From: Acholeplasmataceae bacterium
GTDB lineage: Bacteria; Bacillota_I; Bacilli_A; Acholeplasmatales; Acholeplasmataceae
Direction: 5' to 3'
DNA: 64,000 nucleotides
NCBI GenBank assembly: GCA_963675245.1
Contig: OY775910.1
Location: 1,024,001 to 1,088,000 of the forward strand
This document shows, in pieces, positions 37,537-52,891 of this stretch. The notes beneath the pieces are model-generated. The model did no database searches. It had not been told where the DNA came from and was given only the letters and a program-made list of their open reading frames with translations. Numbering within the stretch: the stretch's first letter is position 1; each line of letters starts with the position of its first letter. Position numbers and translations under genes: made by a program.

Positions 37537-38541
37537 ATGGCAGTTGTTTCAATGAAACAGTTATTAGAGTCAGGCGTGCACTTCGGACATGCGACTCGTA
37601 GATGGAACCCGAAGATGAAACCGTATATCTTCACAGATCGTAATGGTATTTATATCATTGATTTAAAGAAGACGGTTGTTGAGATTGAAAAATCTTATGC
37701 AGCACTTTTAGAGATTGTTCAAAACGGTGGTAAAGTATTATTCATCGGTACAAAAAAACAAGCTCAAGAAGCTGTTAAAGAAGAAGCAATTCGTACAGGT
37801 ATGTTCTATGTTGACCAACGTTGGTTAGGTGGAACACTTACAAACTTTAAAACCATCCGTCGTCGGATCAAGTATCTTCAAGACCTTTACAAGATGGAAG
37901 AAGATGGTACTTTCGAAAAACTTCCTAAGAAAGAAGTTCTAGAATTAAAGCACCAACGTGATCGTCTTGAAAAATTCTTAGGTGGTATTAAAGACATGAA
38001 GAAAGTCCCTGAGGCCATCTTCATCGTAGACCCTAGAAAAGAAATGAACGCAATTTTAGAAGCGCGTAAACTAGGTATCAAAGTTTTCGGTATCGTAGAC
38101 ACAAACTGTGATCCTGATGACGTTGATTACATTATCCCTGCAAATGACGATGCAATTCGTGCCGTTAAGTTAATCACGAACGTTATGGCAAATGCGGTTA
38201 TTGAAGCACAAGGTGGCTATGTCGAAAAAATCGATGATGCTGAAGCAATGGTCGTTCCAAAACGCGAACCACGCCCACCTCGTAAAGAAAAACCAGCTCC
38301 TGCAGTTAGAAAACCTGCAGAAAAAGCTGAAGAAAAACCTGCAGAACCTGAAGTTAAAAAGGCAGCTCCTGTTAAAGAAGAAAAGCCTGTAGAAGCAGCA
38401 CCAGCACCTGAAGTAGTCGAAACAAAAGAAGATTACTCAAAACATACGGTTGCTGAATTACGTGATCTAGCTAAAGAACGTGGATTATCAGGATACTCAA
38501 CCCTTAAAAAGGCAGAATTAATCGATTTATTAAACGCATAA
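37537..38541 (+). CDS. rpsB: 30S ribosomal protein S2 with C-terminal linker and Rho-N-like domain
   Basis: [37 protein letters not shown]; ~105 aa extension. Confidence 0.97.
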   Translation: MAVVSMKQLLESGVHFGHATRRWNPKMKPYIFTDRNGIYIIDLKKTVVEIEKSYAALLEIVQNGGKVLFIGTKKQAQEAVKEEAIRTGMFYVDQRWLGGTLTNFKTIRRRIKYLQDLYKMEEDGTFEKLPKKEVLELKHQRDRLEKFLGGIKDMKKVPEAIFIVDPRKEMNAILEARKLGIKVFGIVDTNCDPDDVDYIIPANDDAIRAVKLITNVMANAVIEAQGGYVEKIDDAEAMVVPKREPRPPRKEKPAPAVRKPAEKAEEKPAEPEVKKAAPVKEEKPVEAAPAPEVVETKEDYSKHTVAELRDLAKERGLSGYSTLKKAELIDLLNA

Positions 38542-38593
38542 AATAAGGGGATTTATCCCCTTATATTTTTATAAATACTGGAGGAATTTAAAA

Positions 38594-39469
38594 ATGGCTG
38601 TAACAGCACAAATGGTAAAAGAATTAAGAGAAAAAACTGGCGCAGGTATGCTAGACTGCAAAAAAGCGCTTGTTGAAACTGATGGAAATATAGATGCTGC
38701 TATTGATTACCTAAGAGAAAAAGGTATCATGAAAGCACAAAAGAAATCTGACCGTATTGCTGCGGAAGGATTATGTAATGTCGTTGTTGATGGTAATCAA
38801 GCTGTCATTTACGAAATCAACTCAGAAACTGACTTTGTTGCTAGAAACGATAAGTTCTTAGCACTATTAGATAACGTTGGTCAAGCAATTGTTAAATCAG
38901 ATGCGACTGACACAGAAAGTGCATTAGCTGCTCCTGCTGAAGGTGGTAATGTTAATGATTTACTGATTAATGCAACAGCAACAATTGGTGAAAAGATTTC
39001 ATTACGTCGTGTATCACGCGTTGTTAAATCCGATGCACAAGGTTTTGGTGCATATCTTCACCAAGGTGGACGTATTGCTGTATTAACTGTTGTTGAAAAA
39101 GACGATGAAGAAGTTGCTAAAAATATTGCAATGCACATCGCTGCAAACAACCCTCAGTACTTAAACAAAGATCAAGTGGATCAAGAAACACTCGAACATG
39201 AAAAACATGTCTTAACACAACAAGCATTACAAGAAGGTAAACCAGAGAATATCGTTGATAAGATGGTTATTGGTCGTCTTAACAAATTCTTAAAAGATAT
39301 CTGCTTAGTTGATCAACCTTATGTTAAAGATCCTGATCAAACTGTTGCTAACTATTTAAAATCAAATGGTAATAATGTTTTATCATTCAATCGCTTAGCT
39401 GTAGGTGAAGGCATTGAAAGCAAAGCTTGTGATATAGCAGAAGCAGTAGCAGAATTAACAGGTAAATAA
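38594..39469 (+). CDS. tsf: Elongation factor Ts
   Basis: VKELREKTGAGMLDCKKAL, NSETDFVA, AMHIAA. Confidence 0.97.
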   Translation: MAVTAQMVKELREKTGAGMLDCKKALVETDGNIDAAIDYLREKGIMKAQKKSDRIAAEGLCNVVVDGNQAVIYEINSETDFVARNDKFLALLDNVGQAIVKSDATDTESALAAPAEGGNVNDLLINATATIGEKISLRRVSRVVKSDAQGFGAYLHQGGRIAVLTVVEKDDEEVAKNIAMHIAANNPQYLNKDQVDQETLEHEKHVLTQQALQEGKPENIVDKMVIGRLNKFLKDICLVDQPYVKDPDQTVANYLKSNGNNVLSFNRLAVGEGIESKACDIAEAVAELTGK

Positions 39470-39493
39470 AAACAAAAAAGGGAGTGTGGCAAC

Positions 39494-40207
39494 ATGTATC
39501 GTAGAGTCATCTTAAAACTCAGTGGTGAGGCTTTAAAAGGCAATGGTGCGTATGGTATTCATCCATTAACGGTTAAAGGAATTGCCACAGAAATCAAAGA
39601 GATTTACGAATTAGGCGTAGAAATTGGTATTGTCATTGGTGCTGGTAATCTATGGCGCGGAAAAACAGGTGAAGAACTTGGTATGGATCGTGCACAAGCA
39701 GATTACATGGGTATGTTAGGAACTGTGATGAACGGACTTGCCTTACAAGATGCGTTTGAGCATGTGAGTGTTCCAACACGCGTTATGACAGTTTTACCGG
39801 TCAGTGCCGTCGCAGAACCGTATATCAGAAGACGGGCATTACGTCATTTTGAAAAAGGCAGAGTACTCGTATTTTCTGGTGGTACAGGAAGCCCATTCTT
39901 CTCAACAGACACTGCAGCAGCATTACGTGCCGCTGAACTTAATTCCGACATTATTTTAATGGCGAAAAATGGTGTTGAAGGTGTTTATGATAAAGATCCT
40001 AAAAAACATGAAGATGCTATCTTGTTTGATGAAATTTCACAAAATGAATTATTAAAGAAAAATTTACAAGTAATGGATCAAACAGCTGCATCAATTTGCC
40101 GAGAAAACAAATTAAACATTCTCGTCTTCAATATGAATGAACCTGGAAATATTAAACGAGCAGTCATGAAAGAAAAGATTGGAACACTCGTTAAATGGGA
40201 GGATTAA
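39494..40207 (+). CDS. pyrH: UMP kinase
   Basis: [41 protein letters not shown]. Confidence 0.97.
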   Translation: MYRRVILKLSGEALKGNGAYGIHPLTVKGIATEIKEIYELGVEIGIVIGAGNLWRGKTGEELGMDRAQADYMGMLGTVMNGLALQDAFEHVSVPTRVMTVLPVSAVAEPYIRRRALRHFEKGRVLVFSGGTGSPFFSTDTAAALRAAELNSDIILMAKNGVEGVYDKDPKKHEDAILFDEISQNELLKKNLQVMDQTAASICRENKLNILVFNMNEPGNIKRAVMKEKIGTLVKWED

Positions 40208-40208
40208 C

Positions 40209-40763
40209 ATGAACGAACAAGCTGATCTAATGTTAATGGAAATTGAAGAACATATGCAAAAAACAATCGAAGCACTCGAAAGAGAATTTGCTGCTGTCCG
40301 CACTGGTCGTGCAAATCCAGCACTTCTTGACCATGTGAATGTCGATTATTACGGGGCTGAAAGTCCAGTCAGACAAATTGCATCCGTTTCAGTGGTTGAA
40401 GGTAATCAACTTTATATTAAACCATATGATAAATCTATTCTAAAACAGCTTGAAACAGCAATTTACGCATCTGACTTAGGTTTAAATCCGATTAATGATG
40501 GACTTGGTTTAAGATTGATCTTACCTCAACCCAGTGAAGAAAGACGTAGAGAACTTGTGAAAGTTGTCGATAAAGAAGCTGAAGAAGCGAAAGTCGGTAT
40601 TAGAAATATTCGTCGTGATGGTAATCACCACTTAAAAAAATTGGGATTAACAGAAGATGATGAAAAAGGATATCTTGATGATGTTCAAGATTTGACGGAT
40701 GAATTTATTAAAAAGATTGATGAGTTATCAAAAGAAAAATCTCAAGAATTAATGAAAATGTAA
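40209..40763 (+). CDS. frr: Ribosome recycling factor
   Basis: VRTGRANP, V.YYG, LGLNP.NDG, EERRRELVK, IRNIRRD; RBS GGGAGG before ATG 40209. Confidence 0.96.
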   Translation: MNEQADLMLMEIEEHMQKTIEALEREFAAVRTGRANPALLDHVNVDYYGAESPVRQIASVSVVEGNQLYIKPYDKSILKQLETAIYASDLGLNPINDGLGLRLILPQPSEERRRELVKVVDKEAEEAKVGIRNIRRDGNHHLKKLGLTEDDEKGYLDDVQDLTDEFIKKIDELSKEKSQELMKM

Positions 40764-40879
40764 AAGGCTTTGGCCTTTTTCTTTTTTCATAAATATGATT
40801 CTATGAATCATGTTATCATTCACATATAATTAAAAACATTTATTTTAACGTTGAAATCGGTTATAATAATGGAAGGTGA

Positions 40880-41560
40880 TTGAGCTTGGAAAATAAACAA
40901 ACGCCAAAACATGTCGCGATTATCATGGATGGTAATGGCAGATGGGCGAAAAAACGTGGACAACCCAGATCTTTTGGTCATTATATGGGTGGAAGAAATC
41001 TATTTAAAGTTGCTAAATTAGCTAAAGATATGGGTATTAAAAAACTATCTCTTTACGCTTTTAGTACGGAAAATTGGAAACGTCCTAAAGAAGAAATAGA
41101 TTATTTATTTAAAACACCAGTTGAATTTTATGAAAAGCGAAAAGCTGATATAGCAACCATTGGTTATCAAATAATTTTTTCTGGAAGAAGAGATCGTCTC
41201 CCTAAAGAGTTATTAAGAGTCATTATTGAAATTGAAGAAACAACATCTAAGTTTGATGGGTTTGTATTAAATATATGCCTTGACTATGGGTCATATGATG
41301 AAATTATTACTGCGTTTAATCAATTAACACCACCCATCACTAAAGAAGATTTAGAAGCTCATTTGATGGTTAAAGAACCAGTTGATTTACTCATTAGAAC
41401 GAGTGGTGAACAACGCTTATCTAATTTTATGTTGTGGCAAGCAAGTTATGCAGAATTTTATTTCACTAAAATACATTGGCCTTCTTTTGGTAAGAAGCAA
41501 CTTAAAAAAGCTGTGAATAGTTATCAAAAGAGACATCGTCGTTTTGGGGGTCTCAAATGA
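40880..41560 (+). CDS. uppS: Cis-prenyltransferase (undecaprenyl diphosphate synthase)
   Basis: HVAIIMDGNGRWA, YAFSTENWKRP, LIRTSGEQRLSNFMLWQ, RRFGG. Confidence 0.96.
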   Translation: MSLENKQTPKHVAIIMDGNGRWAKKRGQPRSFGHYMGGRNLFKVAKLAKDMGIKKLSLYAFSTENWKRPKEEIDYLFKTPVEFYEKRKADIATIGYQIIFSGRRDRLPKELLRVIIEIEETTSKFDGFVLNICLDYGSYDEIITAFNQLTPPITKEDLEAHLMVKEPVDLLIRTSGEQRLSNFMLWQASYAEFYFTKIHWPSFGKKQLKKAVNSYQKRHRRFGGLK

Positions 41561-42495
41561 AACAACGCGTGATCACAGGTGCCATCTTAATCGCAATACT
41601 CCTACCGATATTTACCATAAGTATCTTTTTCGAAGTGTTTGAAGTCTTTATGATATTCTTTGTGATCGTAGCAGCATTTGAATTAATTAAAATGTATGAA
41701 AAAGAAAAACCATTTCACCCAATAGCTAAATTTGGCATTGTTGGTTTGACATTAGCAACGTTTATTAGTATGTCATCTGTTTTTCAACCAACAGATAACC
41801 CACTTGTTAAAGGCGATATACTGACGATCATGATTCCAATTATTACGTTGATTTTATTTGGTTTTATGGCATTATTAAAAGACTTCAATGGGGTGGATGT
41901 CGGAAAAGCATTAACGGTTGTCAATTATGTTGGGTTAGGTTCTGCAGCAATTGTCATCTTAAGAATGATTGGTGTGCGTTTTATCGTATATTTATTTTTA
42001 ATTACGATGTTAACTGATACGTTTGCGTTTTTGATTGGATCAAAATATGGCAGACATAAAATGGCACCTCATATTTCACCTAAAAAATCTTGGGAAGGTG
42101 CAGTTGGTGGTGCGTTAATCGCGACTGTATTCGCATCTTTATTCGCTATTTTTTATGGGTATGTTTTCGTCCCAGGCACGGCATTAGGTGATTTATTTAA
42201 CTCAACAGGAGAAAGAACATTATTAGAAAACTTTTCTAGTTTAGCTGATGGTGTCCCACTATGGGTACAATCACTTGTCTTGGTACCAATTACGTTGGTT
42301 GCAAGTTTCCTTGCGCAAACAGGTGATTTAGTAGCTTCACGTTTGAAAAGAACATATGATATAAAGGATTTTGGAAATATTTTACCAGGACACGGTGGCC
42401 TCATGGATCGATTTGATTCTGTATTGTTCGTCGCAATGTTCTTGGTTGCTGCGTTCTTGATTATTCAGCAAATATATCCACTCTACGCCGTATGA
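41557..42495 (+). CDS. cdsA: Phosphatidate cytidylyltransferase
   Basis: DTFAF..G, ISPKKSWEG, GDL..S.LKR...IKD.G..LPGHGG.MDRFDS. Confidence 0.96.
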   Translation: MKQRVITGAILIAILLPIFTISIFFEVFEVFMIFFVIVAAFELIKMYEKEKPFHPIAKFGIVGLTLATFISMSSVFQPTDNPLVKGDILTIMIPIITLILFGFMALLKDFNGVDVGKALTVVNYVGLGSAAIVILRMIGVRFIVYLFLITMLTDTFAFLIGSKYGRHKMAPHISPKKSWEGAVGGALIATVFASLFAIFYGYVFVPGTALGDLFNSTGERTLLENFSSLADGVPLWVQSLVLVPITLVASFLAQTGDLVASRLKRTYDIKDFGNILPGHGGLMDRFDSVLFVAMFLVAAFLIIQQIYPLYAV

Positions 42496-43628
42496 AAAAT
42501 ATCTACTTATTAGGAGCAACAGGCTCAATTGGAAAACAGACCATAGATGTCATTAAGGCGCATGATAAGCAATATAAATTAATTGGTGTATCTTTAGGTA
42601 GAAATGATAAAGATAATGATCAAATATTAAGTGACTTTCCGATCGAAATTGCATGCCTAAGATCAGATGAAAAATTAAAGCTATATCAAACAAAATATCC
42701 TAAAGTGACATTTGTTGTTGGTGCCGAAGGATTAATCAAAGTCGCTAAATATCCTAAACCTGGATTGGTCGTGAACGCATTATCGGGTTCTGCGGGTTTA
42801 AAACCGACGGTAACTGCTATTAAACAAAAAAAGAGTATCGCATTAGCGAATAAAGAAACACTTGTGATGGCTGGCGATTTAATTAAACGTTACATAAAAG
42901 ATTATGAGGTTGAATTATATCCTATTGATAGTGAACATAGTGCTATATGGCAAACATTGGCACATGAACGTCCATCTGATATTGAGAAAATCGTTATCAC
43001 AGCTAGTGGTGGAGCTTTTAGAGATTTAACAAGAGATGAATTAAATGACGTGACTGTAGAAGATGCCTTGAAGCATCCAAATTGGTCAATGGGACCTAAG
43101 GTGACCATTGATTCTGCAACCATGATGAATAAAGGGTTAGAAATCATTGAAGCACACCATTTATTTGATTTACCTTACGATAAGATTGAAACAGTATTGC
43201 ATGCTGAATCTGTCGTACACGGGTTAACTTATTTTAGAGATGGTAATATCAAAGCGAGCCTTGGTGTTTCAGATATGAGAATTCCTATTGCATATGCGCT
43301 TTCTTATCCAAAAAGATTCGCATATCATCAATCTTTAGAACTGACAAATCTCAGTTTTAAACCAATGGATTTTGAACGCTTTCCACTATTGGAATTAGCC
43401 TATCAAGTTGGAAAGATAGGTGGGCTATTGCCGACGGTGTTGAATGCGGCAAATGAAGCAGCAGTAAAACTCTTCTTGGAAGAAAAGATTACGTTTCTTG
43501 GCATAGAAGAAATTGTGTTCCGTACCGTTAGAAAATTTAAGAACAAACTAAATCCGACCCTTGAAGATATATTGGAAACGGATCAGAGCACACAACAAGC
43601 AATTATTGATTACTATGAGAAGAGGTAG
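42492..43628 (+). CDS. dxr: 1-deoxy-D-xylulose-5-phosphate reductoisomerase
   Basis: LGATGSIG, LANKE, PIDSEH, TASGG, HPNWSMG, DSATMMNKGLE, NAANE. Confidence 0.96.
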   Translation: MKNIYLLGATGSIGKQTIDVIKAHDKQYKLIGVSLGRNDKDNDQILSDFPIEIACLRSDEKLKLYQTKYPKVTFVVGAEGLIKVAKYPKPGLVVNALSGSAGLKPTVTAIKQKKSIALANKETLVMAGDLIKRYIKDYEVELYPIDSEHSAIWQTLAHERPSDIEKIVITASGGAFRDLTRDELNDVTVEDALKHPNWSMGPKVTIDSATMMNKGLEIIEAHHLFDLPYDKIETVLHAESVVHGLTYFRDGNIKASLGVSDMRIPIAYALSYPKRFAYHQSLELTNLSFKPMDFERFPLLELAYQVGKIGGLLPTVLNAANEAAVKLFLEEKITFLGIEEIVFRTVRKFKNKLNPTLEDILETDQSTQQAIIDYYEKR

Positions 43629-43631
43629 AGC

Positions 43632-45215
43632 ATGGTTATATTAAATATATTATTATTCTTATTTGTACTAGGTATTATTATTTTAGTACATGAAGCAGGA
43701 CATTTCTTTTTCGCGAAAAGAGCAGGCATTTTATGCCACGAATTCGCAATTGGTATGGGACCTGTTGTTTATCAAAAAAGAAAAGGCGAAACGGTTTATT
43801 CAATAAGAGGTATTCCTATTGGTGGATTTGTCTCAATGGCAGGAGAAGCTGTAAGCGACGCATTAATTAATAAAGAACAAGTGATTGGTTTGAGGATTAA
43901 TGAACAAGGTAATGTTTATGAAATTATCTTAACTGATAAACTTGAAGCAGATGTGATTGGTAAAGTCGTTGATTATGACTTATATGGCAAAGATTTTAAT
44001 GAACTCTATATAGATATAGAAAGGGAAGGTGTGGTGACACACTATCCTGTCGTTAGAGATGCTGTTTATCAATTAGGTAAAAATCGCACGATGTGGATTA
44101 CACCAGAAGAGAAGAGTTTTGAATCCAAAACGTTATGGCAAAGATTCTTGGTCGTTTTTGGTGGACCAATGATGAATTTCATCTTAGCTTTCTTGATATA
44201 TTTAATTATTGGATGGTTTGTTCTAGTTCCAACTGTTGAATCAAATGAGATTGCAGATGTGGCTGAAGGTTATTCAGCTGATATGGCTGGCATAGAAGCT
44301 GGTGATCAAATCACATCAATATCAGTTGATGGTACAGCTTATGCGATTAATAGTTGGAGTGATCTCTCGCTTGTGATGGATCAACTAGCCACGACTCAGA
44401 TTGATGTCACGGTTCTTCGTGATGACAATGAAATAACGTATAGCGATTTAAATCTATCTGTTTATATTCAATCAGCGGGACTTGCTAATTTAACTACTGA
44501 CGGTGAAATTCTTAATAACGGACCAGCTGTTTTAGGTCAAGCATATGGACGTGCTAGTTCAAATGGAAGGTTAGAAGCTGGTGATGTAATCAATAGTATT
44601 GTTGCTGGTGGCGTCACTTATGATATCACTAGTTGGGATGATATTATCGCGACATTTAAAGTGGTAACATCTGGTGATATTGTCATCAATTACACAAGAG
44701 ATGGTATCAATGATATAGCATCATATTCACTATTAAGTCAAAACGCACTAGAACAGTTAGGGCACGAAGCAATCGTCTTCCAATTAGGGGTTACAGCAAT
44801 GAGTCATTTTGATTTTAGCTATTCCTTATTATATGCGCCACGCGCGTTATGGAGTAATGTTCGTGAAGTGTTTGTTACATTAGGATTATTATTCAGCCCT
44901 GCAGAGAATTTGGGTATTGGAGATTTATCTGGTCCAGTTGGCATTTTCTCACTTGTTAGTTCAACTGCTAGTCAAGGTTTCTTATCAGTCTTAGCGTTAA
45001 TGGCATTCTTATCTGTTAACATTGGTTTATTAAACTTACTACCGATTCCTGCATTAGATGGAGGCAGACTTGTCTTCTTAGGTTATGAAGCAGTAACAAG
45101 AAGACCAATTAACAGAAAAGTTGAAAATTGGGTCAACACAGTGATGTTCTTTGCATTGATGACATTATTTGTATTTGTTACTTATAATGACATTGTTAGA
45201 CTCATATTTGGTTAA
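43632..45215 (+). CDS. rseP: RseP/RasP intramembrane metalloprotease (M50) with PDZ-like domains
   Basis: HEAGH, FAIGMGP, PIGGFV, GP..N, SGPVGI, NLLPIPALDGG. Confidence 0.94.
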   Translation: MVILNILLFLFVLGIIILVHEAGHFFFAKRAGILCHEFAIGMGPVVYQKRKGETVYSIRGIPIGGFVSMAGEAVSDALINKEQVIGLRINEQGNVYEIILTDKLEADVIGKVVDYDLYGKDFNELYIDIEREGVVTHYPVVRDAVYQLGKNRTMWITPEEKSFESKTLWQRFLVVFGGPMMNFILAFLIYLIIGWFVLVPTVESNEIADVAEGYSADMAGIEAGDQITSISVDGTAYAINSWSDLSLVMDQLATTQIDVTVLRDDNEITYSDLNLSVYIQSAGLANLTTDGEILNNGPAVLGQAYGRASSNGRLEAGDVINSIVAGGVTYDITSWDDIIATFKVVTSGDIVINYTRDGINDIASYSLLSQNALEQLGHEAIVFQLGVTAMSHFDFSYSLLYAPRALWSNVREVFVTLGLLFSPAENLGIGDLSGPVGIFSLVSSTASQGFLSVLALMAFLSVNIGLLNLLPIPALDGGRLVFLGYEAVTRRPINRKVENWVNTVMFFALMTLFVFVTYNDIVRLIFG

Positions 45216-45293
45216 TAATTAAGCATAAATCGACCACATTGTAGCGTTTATTCAAAACGTTTAAAAAATGTGGTTTTTTTATGCCTAAATCTG

Positions 45294-45427
45294 TTGACTT
45301 ATCGGCTTAAATGTAATATCATAGATAAGGTCGCCCAAGTGGCGAGGTACCGATTCAGTAGGTCAAAAATTAAAGCGGAAAAAAGTATGCTTTATCTGTT
45401 GACAAATATCTGATGTAATGGTATTAT
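45294..45427 (+). promoter_or_regulatory. Tandem rRNA promoters P1 and P2
   Basis: TTGACT(45294)-17-TATCAT and TTGACA(45399)-17-TATTAT; boxA-like TCTTTGAAAA near 45463. Confidence 0.7.
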
Positions 45428-45575
45428 TATAAAGCGCGCGAAAAGTCGTGTGCAAACGTAGGTCTTTGAAAACTGAATGATGATGAGCGTAATAGTCGCT
45501 TTATGGAGATAAAGCGACAGAGTTAAAAAGAAACTCAAAAAACAATAAAGAGCTATTAACAAACAAACTATAAAT

Positions 45576-47094
<1,519 letters not shown>

Positions 47095-47289
47095 AAGGAG
47101 AAAGGCGAGTCGTAACAGACTCATTACAATTCTCACTTATGGGTATTCGCAAGAAGACCTGTAAACATTACACTCATCATATTCAGTTTCCAAAGACTTA
47201 CAAAAGTCTTTGAACAAGGAATTTAAAAATTCCTGATCAAAAAGATTTGATCTTTGAAAAGTAGATAAAAGCTGTCATAAAAAAGAAAA

Positions 47290-47395
47290 GTTGTTTTTTA
47301 AGGCAAAACAACGTGTTGATTAATCTAAAGATTAACAACTGGTTGATTATTTCTAGTGAAATAACAACTGGTTGATTATTCTAACGAATAACAAC
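47290..47395 (+). repeat. Tandem GTTG...CAAC hairpins in the 16S-23S spacer
   Basis: Four consecutive stems; TAACAACTGGTTGATTATT occurs twice. No tRNA seen in the spacer. Confidence 0.7.
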
Positions 47396-47396
47396 T

Positions 47397-50242
<2,846 letters not shown>

Positions 50243-50388
50243 GTTAGTTTTGAAAAAACGAATAGCACGAGGGTTTTCCTAAGGAAAGCCAGTGCACAAG
50301 TTAACAATGAAAGCCTTATAGACAACAAACTCTTGATTTTCCTAGTGAAAAACAAGTATGACAGCATTTATCTAGTTTTGAAGGATTG

Positions 50389-50497
50389 TCTGGTGGCGAT
50401 GGCGAAGTGGACACACCTGTTCCCATCCCGAACACAGCAGTTAAGCACTTCTGCGCCGACGATAGCACTAAGGTGCGAAAATAGGACGCTGCCAGGC
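50389..50497 (+). rRNA. rrf: 5S rRNA
   Basis: TCTGGTGGCGAT...CACCTGTTCCCATCCCGAACACAGCAGTTAAGC...GCTGCCAGGC; ~109 nt. Confidence 0.95.
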
Positions 50498-50609
50498 AAC
50501 TTTCAAATCTTTTTTTTAAAAAAATATCGAAAAATTTTGTTGATTATGTTATCATAATATCGACAAATAAAATGTTCACTTAAAAATTTAGTGACGCCTA
50601 CAATAAACT

Positions 50610-50686
50610 GCCTACATAGCTCAGTTGGTTAGAGCACCTGACTGTTAATCAGGGGGTCCTAGGTTCGAGTCCTAGTGTGGGCGCCA
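50610..50686 (+). tRNA. tRNA-Asn(GTT)
   Basis: Acceptor GCCTACA/TGTGGGC, D arm AGCTCAGTTGGTTAGAGC, anticodon GTT at 50644-46, GGTTCGAGTCC, encoded CCA. Confidence 0.96.
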
Positions 50687-50771
50687 TTACGATAATTAAA
50701 GTACTGATAAATCAGTGCTTTTTCTTTTTAATATAACATGTTATATTAGCAGTATATCGAGGTGCGATGCT

Positions 50772-51641
50772 ATGTCTATAAAAAGTATATTGGTTAATTA
50801 TGGTTTTAAAAAAAGTGATGATCGCCGTGATAAAGGGTTAACGACGCCTGATGATATTAAAAGAGTTGATCATCTATATTATGGTCAAAATAAGAAGTGG
50901 CAAGTCTTGGATGTCTATTATCCGAAAGATACGAATCAACCATTACCAGTCATTATTAACATCCATGGTGGTGGATGGGTTTATGGAACAAAAGAAACAT
51001 ATCAATTCTACTGTATGAGTTTAGCACAAAGACATTTTGTTGTTGTCAATATGTCGTATCGTTTAGCGCCAAAACATAAATTTCCAAAACAACTAGAGGA
51101 TATTAATTTGGTCATAGGTTGGATCCATCAACATGATAATGAATATCATATGGATTTAAATCATGTTTATTTAATCGGTGATTCAGCAGGTGCACATCTC
51201 GCAACATTATACACATCATTTTGTGTCAATAAAGCATATCAAACACAATTTAGTTTTAAACCGATTTCATCGTTTAAACCTAACGCGATCGTTTTAAATT
51301 GTGGCATTTATGATATTTATGATATAAATACAAGATTAAAAACATTATTAAAAGATTTATTGGGAAGAAAAGGATATAAAAATCATCTCAAGTTAGTACA
51401 ACCCATCGATCATATAACACATGATTTTCCACCTGTTTATGTGATGACTTCAAATGAAGATTTTTTAAGAGAGCAAGCCCCTATTTTAGTGAGTCAATTG
51501 AAAGAAAAAAAGATTGATTTTCAGTATAAAATTTATGGCGAAAAAGATAATAAGTTATCCCATGTTTTTCACTGTGATATTAGGAAACCAGAAGCGAAGA
51601 TTTGTAATGATGATGAGTGTAGATTTTTAAGAAAATATTAA
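50772..51641 (+). CDS. Alpha/beta hydrolase (HSL-type esterase/lipase)
   Basis: LDVY.P, IHGGGW, YRLAP, GDSAGAHLA, D-F, HVFH; ATG 50772 after GAGGTG. Confidence 0.9.
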   Translation: MSIKSILVNYGFKKSDDRRDKGLTTPDDIKRVDHLYYGQNKKWQVLDVYYPKDTNQPLPVIINIHGGGWVYGTKETYQFYCMSLAQRHFVVVNMSYRLAPKHKFPKQLEDINLVIGWIHQHDNEYHMDLNHVYLIGDSAGAHLATLYTSFCVNKAYQTQFSFKPISSFKPNAIVLNCGIYDIYDINTRLKTLLKDLLGRKGYKNHLKLVQPIDHITHDFPPVYVMTSNEDFLREQAPILVSQLKEKKIDFQYKIYGEKDNKLSHVFHCDIRKPEAKICNDDECRFLRKY

Positions 51642-51848
51642 CTTAGTTTAATTATTAAATTAAATTTTAGACACATGTTTACTATTCATGGTAAATGTGT
51701 GTTTTTTTATATGTCGAAAGATTTTATAAGTATTTAATATAAATAAATATGTCTGTTTTAAAAAATGACAAAACTTTTACGATTTTGAGAAAAAAATTCA
51801 GTGAAAACATTTTCATAGTTGCATTTTAAGTAAAATTCATGTAAATGA

Positions 51849-51877
51849 TTGACATTCTTTTCGAATAGTTTCATAAT
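51849..51877 (+). promoter_or_regulatory. Sigma-A promoter of the opp operon
   Basis: TTGACA(51849)-17-CATAAT; cre-like TGAAAACATTTTCA upstream at 51802-15. Confidence 0.6.
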
Positions 51878-51943
51878 AAACGTTATATTATAAAAATTGA
51901 GGAATAAAGAGATCCTTTATTTTTATAAAATAATACTCAAAGG

Positions 51944-52882
51944 ATGATGACTAAATTGGATAGTAAATTGATGGTTTATATTTCTAAACGATTATTGCTT
52001 ACAATCGTTACAATTTTCATAATCATTACTGTTACCTTTTTTGTCATGCATGCCATTCCTGGTGGCCCGTTTCTAAGTGAAAAAGCAGTGACGCCAGAAG
52101 TTGAAGCAGCTTTAAACGAAAAATACGGATTAGACGTTCCTGTTGGAGAGCAATTTGTTAATTATTTGAATGGTATTATTCATTTTGATTTTGGACCATC
52201 TATTAAGAGTCGTGGACGTACAGTGACCGATATTATTTTGACAGGATTTGCAACATCTGCGAAGTTAGGTGCTTTAGCGGCATCAATAGCCATTTTATTT
52301 GGTGTTTCATTTGGGTCTCTTGCTGCAATTAAAAGAAATAAAGCTTCCGATCGAGTCATTATGGTATCAACGACAGCTTTCGTTGCTATGCCATCGTTTG
52401 TTTTAGGGTCTTTTTTCTTAATTTTATTTTGTGTGATTTGGCCTATTTTTCCAGTGAATGGTGCATTACCAGGAGGAATGGTTCTGCCTACAATCACTTT
52501 GGCATTATACCCTACTGCTTATATTACACGATTAACACGTTCTAGTATGCTGGATGTTTTGCAACAAGATTACATTAGAACAGCAGAAGCTAAAGGTGTA
52601 TCTAGAGTATTAATTATTTACAAACATGCATTAAAAAATGCGTTAATCCCTGTCATCACATATGTTGGTCCAATGATTGCATATATTTTAACAGGTAGCT
52701 TAGTTGTAGAGAGAATTTTCTCAGTACCCGGTTTAGGTAGACAGTTTATCAATAGTATTACAAATAGAGATTATCCAGTAATTATGGGAACAACTATCTT
52801 TTTAGCAACACTAGTTGTCCTCATGAATTTGGTATCTGATATCATGTATAAAGCAGTTGATCCAAGGATTGACTTTAGTTAA
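51944..52882 (+). CDS. oppB: Oligopeptide ABC permease OppB
   Basis: PGGPF, YGLD.P, DFGPS, R.TRSSML.VL.QDYIRTA.AKG, HALKNAL, RDYP, DPRI. Confidence 0.93.
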   Translation: MMTKLDSKLMVYISKRLLLTIVTIFIIITVTFFVMHAIPGGPFLSEKAVTPEVEAALNEKYGLDVPVGEQFVNYLNGIIHFDFGPSIKSRGRTVTDIILTGFATSAKLGALAASIAILFGVSFGSLAAIKRNKASDRVIMVSTTAFVAMPSFVLGSFFLILFCVIWPIFPVNGALPGGMVLPTITLALYPTAYITRLTRSSMLDVLQQDYIRTAEAKGVSRVLIIYKHALKNALIPVITYVGPMIAYILTGSLVVERIFSVPGLGRQFINSITNRDYPVIMGTTIFLATLVVLMNLVSDIMYKAVDPRIDFS

Positions 52883-52891
52883 GGATAAGAG

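Noticed and set aside
47290..47395. GTTG...CAAC repeats as a mini-CRISPR
   Set aside because: They lie in the rRNA spacer, abut each other with 1-3 nt gaps and have no spacers.
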